The position numbers were made by a program, and so were the translations under genes. This document shows positions 16,191 through 23,427 of a stretch of 27,175 bases of DNA, piece after piece (within the stretch, counting starts at the first letter, position 1; the number at the start of each line of letters is the position of its first letter). Location: the IMG/VR virus record IMGVR_UViG_3300032373_001141, positions 1 through 27,175 of that record; one strand, written 5' to 3'. Under the pieces are notes generated by a model. That model saw only the letters and a program-made list of their open reading frames with translations. It had not been told where the DNA came from and ran no database searches. This stretch comes from a virus. Taxonomy: Duplodnaviria > Caudoviricetes.

Positions 16191-17608
16191 CCTTCATATC
16201 CCGCCTGAGAGAGGCCGCTGGCGTCCTGTTTACCGAAGATGAATATCGAATGATCGAAGCGGCCGGAACCAATGTCGACATCGACGAAGAGGGCTGGCGG
16301 CGTCTCAGTGGAGATCCCAACCGCGACCTGTCGCCGCTGTCTCAATATCGAATGCGCGAAACCGCAGCCTACATGCTGCGTTCAAACTCGTTGGCCAATC
16401 GCCTGATCGAACTGCCAGTCGCCTTTATGCTGGCTGAAGGAGTCACGCTAAATGTTGATGATGAACAGGGACAAAAGTGGCTTGATGCATTCTGGAACGA
16501 CCCGATCACCAAGATGGATATCAATCTTCCCAAGTTCGCCCGCGAGTTGGCTGTATTTGGAGAGCAGTGCTGGCCCGTCTTCACGAATGAATTCAATGGC
16601 CATACTCGGCTCGGGTATCTCGACCCCGGCCTGATCGCCAATGTCATCTGGGATCCGGACAACATCATGCAACCGATCGGCGTGGTGACAACAAAGGACA
16701 AAAAAGGTCATGCGCGGCGTTACAGAGTGATCGTCAATGGGCCGGAAGCGATGTTTTCGAAACGTACCCAGGAAATCCGCAACTCCTTTGAAGATGGCGG
16801 TTGCTTTTATTTTGAGGTCAACGCTCTGGTTTCAGATCAGCGCGGCAAAAGCGACCTGTTGCCGGTCATGGACAGCCTTGATGCGTATGACCAGGCGCTG
16901 TTTGGAGAATTGGAAAGATGGCAGTTCATTCGAAATTTCATCTGGGATGTCACTCTGAAAGGAGCAACACCGGAAGAAGTCGAAGAGCGTGCCCGAAACA
17001 TAGCCACACCGGCACCGGGATCCGCACGCATCCACAATGACGCTGAGGAGTGGAAAACTGTTTCGCCGGAAATCCAGGCGGGTGACAGCGACATCCTGAC
17101 GCGCCTGTTTCGCAATCATATACTGGGTGCCCAGACCATGCCGGAACACTGGTATGGAGGCGGTGGGGACGTCAACCGGGCAACAGCCAGTGAAATGGGC
17201 GAGCCGACCTTCAAGGTGTTCACCATGCGTCAGCGTACCCTCAAGCATATGCTTGAAGAGGTTGGCTACTATGTCATGTGCAAACGGCTCGATCCAACGG
17301 GTGAGATGCCGGACCCATCAGAGTTCGAACCTGATTTCAAGCCGGTTGCCAACTTCCCGGAACTGACCAGCCGCGATACCACCAAATATGCCGCTGCGTT
17401 CCAGCAAATCGTCGCCGGTGCGGTTCAGGCGGTTGACCGAGGGTTCATGAGCGAGGAATCGGCGATCGGTCTGATTGCCTCTGTAGCCGGTCAATTGGGT
17501 TACGAGATTGATCCAAAGGCGGAACTGGAACAAGCCCGCGCCGATCGCCGTAAACGTCAGGAAGATGATCTTTTCGGCGAAGATGAGGATCAGGACGAAG
17601 AACAGTGA
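16187..17608 (+). CDS. Portal protein
   Basis: 473 aa between terminase and MuF. RGKSDLLPV and NRATA...PT motifs, acidic C-tail. Confidence 0.82.
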   Translation: MTFISRLREAAGVLFTEDEYRMIEAAGTNVDIDEEGWRRLSGDPNRDLSPLSQYRMRETAAYMLRSNSLANRLIELPVAFMLAEGVTLNVDDEQGQKWLDAFWNDPITKMDINLPKFARELAVFGEQCWPVFTNEFNGHTRLGYLDPGLIANVIWDPDNIMQPIGVVTTKDKKGHARRYRVIVNGPEAMFSKRTQEIRNSFEDGGCFYFEVNALVSDQRGKSDLLPVMDSLDAYDQALFGELERWQFIRNFIWDVTLKGATPEEVEERARNIATPAPGSARIHNDAEEWKTVSPEIQAGDSDILTRLFRNHILGAQTMPEHWYGGGGDVNRATASEMGEPTFKVFTMRQRTLKHMLEEVGYYVMCKRLDPTGEMPDPSEFEPDFKPVANFPELTSRDTTKYAAAFQQIVAGAVQAVDRGFMSEESAIGLIASVAGQLGYEIDPKAELEQARADRRKRQEDDLFGEDEDQDEEQ

Positions 17609-18966
17609 CCGGAGATGACAGGAACGACCGGTTCGACCTGGAACGCGGCAACCAGGCGCGGCGGCTGAACCGTATCAAGAAAAACACGGAAGCCGAAGTT
17701 ACCCGTCTGCTCAAGGAAGCCAGCGACCAGATCACTGTGGATCTCGCAGGAACACCTGGAGAATTCGATGCCTTTATCCTGCCACGTATCCAGAAATCGA
17801 TCCAGGTGGTGCTTGGTGAAACAGGCGAAGGCATGGCCAAGACCGCGGGCGACGGCGCGACAGCCGCCTGGCAGGCCGGAATTGACATGATAGATGAACC
17901 GCTGGCGGCGGGAGGAGTAAAGGTATCGGCCGTGCTGACGGAAGTCGACACCAGGCAACTGATGGCCATGCGCACTTTTCTGACGGATCGCCTGAAAGAT
18001 GTAACCGTCGAAACGCTCAATAAAATTAATGCGGAGTTGGGGCTGGCCATCATGGGCGTACAGACCCCCTTTGAGGCTACGTCCGGTATTTCAAAACTGC
18101 TGAATGATACCCAGCGCGCACGGGCCCTCAGAATCACCAGAACGGAGATCGGCCGGGCTCACAGTGTTGCGACCCATGAGCGCCTGCAGATGGCAAAGGA
18201 GCACGTGCCGGGGATTCGCAAGATGTGGCGGCGGTCCGGAAAACTGCACAGCCGTACAAGCCACGATGCCGTTGACGGACAGATCCGCAAACCCGATGAG
18301 CCGTTCCAAGTCGGATCAGAAAAGTTGATGTTCCCGAGGGACCCGAAGGGTTCGGCGCGCCATACGGTCAATTGCGGCTGTGTGCAGCTCCCCCACATGG
18401 CTGACTGGGAAGTCAAACATCCTGCGGGCCGACCAATCACCATTGAGGAACGCCAGGGCAGCGAAATGAAACGTCGCCTCTATAATGTCCAGGCGCAGGC
18501 TTTCGACAGCTGGGCGCGTAAACTGTCCAGACGCAATGCCCGCGCGGTTGGCCACTTCGAGACAGCGGGCGAACTGACATCGGGCCTGAAAGACCGGCTC
18601 GATTTGCGAGGTGTGAACCCGGCGACAATGGAGATCGCCGTCTCCGACCGGCGAATCGTGCATATGGTTCGAGACGCCAAGGCCGGAAAAAACAAGGCTT
18701 TGCCGGAAAGAGAGATTCGCCGCCTGCCGGAACATCTCGAATCACCAAAAGCGGTTCTCTGGGATCAGTTCGCCAAGAAACCCACATTAATTTATGTGTT
18801 CGAAGTGCCGGGCGAAACGCGCCTCGGCAAGATTCCGGTCAGGATTCGCGATACGGACAAGCGCGCCAGGCACAGAAAACACAATTGGGTGACAACCGGA
18901 GGCCTTGTCGACGGCGTAACGCTGTCAGATCCGAAACGTTATGAAGTCCTGACGGGAGAATTGTGA
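17605..18966 (+). CDS. MuF-like minor head protein fused to a C-terminal PBECR-type (Barnase/EndoU/Colicin/RelE-fold) nuclease-like domain
   Basis: MuF core RALRITRTE...KMWRRS...RTSHDAVDGQ...VNCGC. About 155-aa C-terminal extension (from about 18490) with IVHMVRD...LPEHLESPKAVLWD...LIYVF...NWVTTG. The extension family is recognised by eye only. Confidence 0.82.
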   Translation: MTGDDRNDRFDLERGNQARRLNRIKKNTEAEVTRLLKEASDQITVDLAGTPGEFDAFILPRIQKSIQVVLGETGEGMAKTAGDGATAAWQAGIDMIDEPLAAGGVKVSAVLTEVDTRQLMAMRTFLTDRLKDVTVETLNKINAELGLAIMGVQTPFEATSGISKLLNDTQRARALRITRTEIGRAHSVATHERLQMAKEHVPGIRKMWRRSGKLHSRTSHDAVDGQIRKPDEPFQVGSEKLMFPRDPKGSARHTVNCGCVQLPHMADWEVKHPAGRPITIEERQGSEMKRRLYNVQAQAFDSWARKLSRRNARAVGHFETAGELTSGLKDRLDLRGVNPATMEIAVSDRRIVHMVRDAKAGKNKALPEREIRRLPEHLESPKAVLWDQFAKKPTLIYVFEVPGETRLGKIPVRIRDTDKRARHRKHNWVTTGGLVDGVTLSDPKRYEVLTGEL

Positions 18967-19085
18967 TCGCCGCCGGGATGCGCAACTTCCCGAAACCACC
19001 TGCCGGACCGAAATCCGTGGGGCCAGTGCCAACGGTAAAACCGTCCACCGGACTATAGCCGACTTTACAGCTCTCGCGGCGATCA
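18964..19085 (-). ncRNA. 122-nt cloverleaf (tRNA-like) structured RNA convergent on the MuF-nuclease gene
   Basis: Perfect 10-bp terminal stem (TGATCGCCGC/GCGGCGATCA) enclosing four hairpins. G-U pairs and a UUCG tetraloop form only on the minus strand. A matching minus-strand promoter lies just upstream. Confidence 0.72.
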
Positions 19086-19092
19086 AGTCTGA

Positions 19093-19121
19093 ATTATAAA
19101 CCCGAAACCATCAAAAGTCAC
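19093..19121 (-). promoter_or_regulatory. Sigma70-type promoter for the minus-strand RNA (GTGACT-N17-TATAAT)
   Basis: Perfect TATAAT at 19098-19093 and 4/6 -35 match GTGACT at 19121-19116, with a 17-bp spacer. Predicted +1 at about 19086-19085 coincides with the RNA 5' stem. Confidence 0.7.
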
Positions 19122-19200
19122 ACCCTGGTGAAATTTGGCCTCAGAGCGCCGCTCAAGCCGCTCGTGCGCCCCGGACTAGCCAGATTTCCAGAGCGGGCAT

Positions 19201-19215
19201 TTAAACGGCGTTTAA
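19201..19215. promoter_or_regulatory. Palindromic TTAAACGGCGTTTAA matching the CtrA consensus TTAA-N7-TTAA
   Basis: Exact match in the long intergenic region upstream of the head operon promoter. Confidence 0.5.
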
Positions 19216-19297
19216 TTCGGCCATATGAGGCCATTCAATGCGGGTCTAGGGACTGATATGGCGTCAGTCCGGCAATTCGATCGGATCCCGGCTTGAG

Positions 19298-19342
19298 GTG
19301 AAATATTTCACTGGCGAGGTGACGGGGGAGGTTCGCTACCTT
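19298..19342 (+). promoter_or_regulatory. Putative activator-dependent late promoter 2 (palindrome GTGAAATATTTCAC plus -10 gcTACCTT)
   Basis: Same 14-bp palindrome as at 11883-11896, with an identical 25-bp gap to a cgcTANNNT element. Confidence 0.75.
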
Positions 19343-19397
19343 GGCCCGAGTTGATGCCGTTAATCAAGTGCATTCGAAAAACCCACTGGAGATCATC

Positions 19398-19742
19398 ATG
19401 AATTCGAAGCCCGAAGCAGGAAAAAAACCGGATCCCAAGCCGACCAAAAAGCCTGGCAACGAAGTCACCACGGAATCTTCTGGCGAAAAAGATGATCGGG
19501 GACCGAGTGATGATGAGATCAAATCAGCACTCGCCAAGCATTTCGGTGGCGAAGTCACGGTTCGCAAATCTGATAAAGAGGGCAATCCGGTTCGCGACAA
19601 AGATACGGGCGCTTACCTCAGCGAAACCGCCAAGATGAAAGGCGAACATATTCTCTCTTTCAACCTCGACGAAGAGGCCGGTGAGGTCAGCATCGTCACC
19701 ATCGTCACCATCGACGGCCAGAAATTGACGAAAGTCGGTTGA
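19398..19742 (+). CDS. Small head-associated hypothetical protein
   Basis: Start re-called to ATG 19398 (GGAG RBS). C-terminal VTIDGQK. TGATG coupling to the capsid gene. Confidence 0.75.
   Translation: MNSKPEAGKKPDPKPTKKPGNEVTTESSGEKDDRGPSDDEIKSALAKHFGGEVTVRKSDKEGNPVRDKDTGAYLSETAKMKGEHILSFNLDEEAGEVSIVTIVTIDGQKLTKVG
19691..19713 (+). repeat. In-frame 9-bp tandem duplication (CATCGTCAC x2.5, encoding IVTIVTI)
   Basis: Directly visible. Confidence 0.8.
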
Positions 19743-22075
19743 TGCGACGAATCCCCACCCTCGGTATTGTTGGCGCAACGGCGCTACGTGAGGCCTTCGC
19801 CGGTGATTTCCGCCAACTTGAAGATGTTCTTCGCGGCGCGCTGAAGCGCATCTTCAAACTGGCGGGCGATGATGATCCCTGGCCGTATGTGCAAGCGCTG
19901 TTTCCAGACTGGGTCATCGTCGAGCGCGATGGCAAGCTCTGGCGTTACCCCTTCACCATTGATGGCACGGACGTGTCTTTCGATACGCCCGTTGAAGTCG
20001 TCAGGACGTTTGCTCCCGTCGACGGGCCGGAAGGTGAAATTGCTCTTGGCGGCGGAGTCTTCATGGAGGCATCCGACGATAGTGGAGCCAAATGGCGGAT
20101 CCGGGTGATCCGCGCCGGTCTTTCCGGCAACAACAATTTCTATCCGGATTCGGTTTTACGCGAAGCTACCCCCCTTTTCGACGGGGCGCGGGTTTTCGTC
20201 AAGGCCGACAAGGAGCATCTGCAGGGCGGCGGCAAGGATGTTCGCAATCTGATTGGCCGATTGACAGAGCCCTCCTTCATTGAAGGGGCCCGCACCGATG
20301 CCGGTGAAATTCAGGCGGTTTTCGAGTTGATCGATCCTGAAGATGGAATCGCCGTCAAACTCAGGGAGGCCTGGAACCGTGGCATGAGCGGTCTCTTCGG
20401 GTTTTCCATTGATGCGCTCGGTCCAGCCAAGCGTGTCCGACATAACGGCACGTTAATCAACACGGCCAAGGCCATCACCAAAGTCAATTCTGTCGACCTT
20501 ATCGTTGAGCCAGGCGCTGGCGGCGAGGTCATCAATCTCATCGAATCACAATCCGATAAGGAGACGATCATGGATCGCGATGCAATTATTGCCCTGCTTG
20601 AAGCAAAGGGAAAACTGACAGGTAAGGACGTTGACAGCCTTACCGATGACCAGCTGGAAGAAATCCTTCGTGAAGCCATTTCCGATGAAGCGGATGATGG
20701 TGCGAGAGTTGAACAGCCCGCAACACCGGACGCCAATGCGGAGCCAATGCGCGAAGCTGCTGGCGGTGACGCGCCGGTAACTCAACAGGACATTGCAATG
20801 ATCGAAGTGCGCTCAAGTATGCGCGAAGCGATCAACGCAAGCTCTCTGCCTGATGCTGCCAAGGTTCGTCTGATCGACAGTTTCGTCGCCCAAACCAAGT
20901 TCACCGAAGCCGACGTTTCTTCCGCGATCACAAGCGAAGGCGAATATCTCGCCAGCTTTACGGAAAGCGGAACCGTTCAGGGGCTCGGAGCATCTCACAA
21001 TATTCAGGGCGGTGAGACCCGTTTTGAAAAGGTCGAGCAGATGCTCGAAGCCTTCTTTGATGTGGAACACGATGACCACCGTCACGCCCGCTCGTTCAAG
21101 GAGTGTTATATCGCCATGACCGGGGATGTGCGTGTTACCGGTCGGACCCGCGATTGCGACCAGGCGCTTATGCGTGAAGCTTTCATGCGGGAAGCCCTCG
21201 ATTCAACAAGCTTTGCTGATGCGCTCGGTGACTCGATCACACGGCGCGTACTGAAGGATTACAACCGCGCGGACCAATACAGCGTCTGGCGGCTGATCTG
21301 TAACGTGGTTTCTGCAAGCGATTTTCGTACACAGGAACGCACGCGGATCGGCGGTTACGGTGATCTGCCTGCTGTAGCGGAAAGCGGCGCGTATGGAGCG
21401 TTGGCCAGTCCCACGGATGAGAAGGCCACCTACGCGGTCACCAAACGGGGTGGTACGGAAAGCGTCACACTGGAAATGATCAAGAACGATGACGTCGGCG
21501 CCATCCGCCAGATCCCGACCAAACTGTCGCGATCAGCCAAACGAACGGTGTCCAAGTTTGTGTTTGATTTCATTAAGGACAATCCGGTCATTTACGACAC
21601 CTTGGCGCTATATCATGCCACACATAACAACCTGTTTACGGTTGCCCTGGGCGATGCGTCGTTTGCAACTCACCGGCTGGCCATGAAAAACCAGACGGAA
21701 ATGGACTCCGGCGATCAGCTCGGCATCGGGCCGAAATACCTGCTTGTTCCGGATGATCTTGAACAGACAGCGTTCGATATGTTCCGCCGCGACACCAACA
21801 ACGACGAAACCTTTGTCCAGAGCCTGAAGCCGACTGTTATTCCGGTGTGGTACTGGTCCGATGCCAACGACTGGGCAACGGTTGCCGACCCGAACGATAT
21901 TCCGTTCCTTGAAATTGCCTTCCTTGACGGCAACGAGGAGCCGGAACTGTTCGTCCAGGACAACCCGAGCGTCGGTTCAATGTTCTCCAACGATATGGTC
22001 ACCTACAAAATCCGCCACATCTACGGCGGCAACGTGACCGATTACCGAGGCTCAACGAAGGGCGTCGTGATCTAG
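19742..22075 (+). CDS. Fused prohead protease - scaffold - Mu gpT-like major capsid protein
   Basis: Protease-like N-domain (IRAGLSGNNNFY, H in KEHL, GFSIDA, SVDLIVEPGAGG), acidic helical scaffold, and gpT-like C-domain (DFRTQER...DLPAVAE...MIKNDD...YLLVP...YKIRH). Confidence 0.9.
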   Translation: MRRIPTLGIVGATALREAFAGDFRQLEDVLRGALKRIFKLAGDDDPWPYVQALFPDWVIVERDGKLWRYPFTIDGTDVSFDTPVEVVRTFAPVDGPEGEIALGGGVFMEASDDSGAKWRIRVIRAGLSGNNNFYPDSVLREATPLFDGARVFVKADKEHLQGGGKDVRNLIGRLTEPSFIEGARTDAGEIQAVFELIDPEDGIAVKLREAWNRGMSGLFGFSIDALGPAKRVRHNGTLINTAKAITKVNSVDLIVEPGAGGEVINLIESQSDKETIMDRDAIIALLEAKGKLTGKDVDSLTDDQLEEILREAISDEADDGARVEQPATPDANAEPMREAAGGDAPVTQQDIAMIEVRSSMREAINASSLPDAAKVRLIDSFVAQTKFTEADVSSAITSEGEYLASFTESGTVQGLGASHNIQGGETRFEKVEQMLEAFFDVEHDDHRHARSFKECYIAMTGDVRVTGRTRDCDQALMREAFMREALDSTSFADALGDSITRRVLKDYNRADQYSVWRLICNVVSASDFRTQERTRIGGYGDLPAVAESGAYGALASPTDEKATYAVTKRGGTESVTLEMIKNDDVGAIRQIPTKLSRSAKRTVSKFVFDFIKDNPVIYDTLALYHATHNNLFTVALGDASFATHRLAMKNQTEMDSGDQLGIGPKYLLVPDDLEQTAFDMFRRDTNNDETFVQSLKPTVIPVWYWSDANDWATVADPNDIPFLEIAFLDGNEEPELFVQDNPSVGSMFSNDMVTYKIRHIYGGNVTDYRGSTKGVVI

Positions 22076-22111
22076 AAATAAATTCCGTAGACATAGTCCG
22101 GAAAAATAGGG

Positions 22112-22139
22112 CCGGGGTGGCTCGAAAGGGTCACCCCGG
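22112..22139. terminator. Strong 12-bp hairpin with GAAA tetraloop after the capsid gene (terminator, attenuator or processing signal)
   Basis: CCGGGGTGGCTC-GAAA-GGGTCACCCCGG. No U-tract follows on the + strand. Confidence 0.5.
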
Positions 22140-22159
22140 TACACCGAAGAAAAACATAA

Positions 22160-22239
22160 GGCGGGGTGAGCTGGAGCCCGGTTCCAGCAGTGGGCCCATA
22201 ACCCAAATGACGCCGGTTCGAATCCGGCCCCCGCAACCA
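22160..22239 (+). tRNA. Atypical initiator-type tRNA-Met(CAT) with encoded CCA
   Basis: Acceptor GCGGGG/CCCCGC with unpaired 1:72 (G:A), GGG/CCC in the anticodon stem, loop CCCATAA, T-arm GCCGG-TTCGAAT-CCGGC, 3' ACCA. The D-arm is enlarged. Confidence 0.85.
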
Positions 22240-22255
22240 TTTTTTAGGAACCGAG

Positions 22256-22930
22256 ATGTCGCTCGCCGATTATCAAACCCTGGTTGACAGTCTTGTCCGG
22301 GATCCGGACGGGAACTTCACCGTGGGCGAACGCGACAAAGCCATTGACCTGGCGCGAATCCGTTACTCGCAGGATCACCCCGAAACCGCCGTCGAAGACA
22401 TTACTTCAGTCGGCGGTAAGTTGCTTGATTTTCCAGCGGCCTTTCAAAGCGGTTTCAGCGCCCTTACGGGCATAGAGATCCCGGCCGGTGAAGTGCCGCC
22501 AAGGTTCATCGAAAACGGCACCTGGAATATCTATCATGCGTTAGACGGTCAGAAGATCCTGATCGAGCAGACCTTGACGGCCGGAGACCTGGCACGGGTG
22601 CATTTCACGGTGCCACATACACTTGACGGCGTTGCTGATACCATTCCCGCCAAACATCAGGAACCGGTTGCCAGCTGGGCCGCAGCGGTCCTGCTTGAAC
22701 AGCTGGCCACCCTGTTTTCAGGCGACACCATTTCGACCATCAATGCCGACAGCGTCGATCATCAGTCAAAATCCCGAGATTACTCAGCCAGGGCTACCAA
22801 AAACCGCAAACGCTATTTTGACGAACTGGGCATTGATCCCAAGCGCAACGTCGCGGCCGGTGTCGTTGTCAATCTTGACCCGCCAACCAGTCACGGCCGC
22901 CCGCCAATGTATAGACGGGGTTGGCGCTGA
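22256..22930 (+). CDS. Putative head-tail adaptor/connector protein
   Basis: Position after the capsid. ISTINADSVDHQSKSRDY resembles adaptor C-termini. Confidence 0.65.
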   Translation: MSLADYQTLVDSLVRDPDGNFTVGERDKAIDLARIRYSQDHPETAVEDITSVGGKLLDFPAAFQSGFSALTGIEIPAGEVPPRFIENGTWNIYHALDGQKILIEQTLTAGDLARVHFTVPHTLDGVADTIPAKHQEPVASWAAAVLLEQLATLFSGDTISTINADSVDHQSKSRDYSARATKNRKRYFDELGIDPKRNVAAGVVVNLDPPTSHGRPPMYRRGWR

Positions 22931-23427
22931 TGTATGACATGGACATCCAGGGAACAGCGGAACTAGCGCGAGCCTTTGAACGTGCGCCGGATATCGTTGT
23001 CGAAGAATTGACTGCAGGCATTTGGGAATCCGAACTTCTGCTTGAGCGCGAAACCAAGGAACTGACTCCGGTGGGTGTCAGCGGTGGAACACGTTCATCC
23101 ATTCAGGCCCGTGAACCAAAGCGCCTGGCTGATAACGTGGTTGGCGAGATGGGCTCGCCTATGAAACACGTTCTCGCTGTTGAGCTCGGAACCAAACCGC
23201 ACTACCCACCTATCCAGCCTCTGGCGGAATGGGTCGAACACAAGTTTGGATATAGCGGCAACGAGGCTCGCAATGTGGCCTTCCTGATCCAGCGTAAGAT
23301 CGGACGCAAGGGAACCGAAGGCGCGTTCATGTTCAAACAGGCCTTTGAAGCAAATCAGGAACAGGTCCTGCGGATCATGGCGCGGGCAAGCGGGCGCGCG
23401 GTCTCCAGAATTGGAGAGGTAAATTGA
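22930..23427 (+). CDS. HK97 gp10-like neck/tail-completion protein
   Basis: Start re-called to ATG 22930 (TGATG). TPVG...RSSI, AVELGTKPH and GAFMFKQAFE motifs. Confidence 0.8.
   Translation: MYDMDIQGTAELARAFERAPDIVVEELTAGIWESELLLERETKELTPVGVSGGTRSSIQAREPKRLADNVVGEMGSPMKHVLAVELGTKPHYPPIQPLAEWVEHKFGYSGNEARNVAFLIQRKIGRKGTEGAFMFKQAFEANQEQVLRIMARASGRAVSRIGEVN

Noticed and set aside
18481-18486. Perfect TATAAT on the + strand just before the nuclease-like domain
   Set aside because: No -35 at suitable spacing and it lies within coding sequence (Tyr-Asn codons). Probably chance.
18839-19048. 69-aa minus-strand ORF as a possible immunity protein for the MuF nuclease domain
   Set aside because: GTG start lies inside the predicted RNA stem with no convincing RBS, it overlaps the MuF 3' end antisense, and its composition is unconvincing. 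The RNA structure explains the sequence better, though translation cannot be excluded.
18964-19085. Reading the structured element as a plus-strand terminator or a true tRNA
   Set aside because: On the + strand several stems would contain A-C mismatches and there is no U-tract. It lacks the TTC T-loop, a 7-nt anticodon loop and a CCA end, so it is not a canonical tRNA.
19127-19136. Half copy of the late-promoter palindrome (GGTGAAATT)
   Set aside because: Only one half-site and no correctly spaced -10. Not enough support to call a third promoter.
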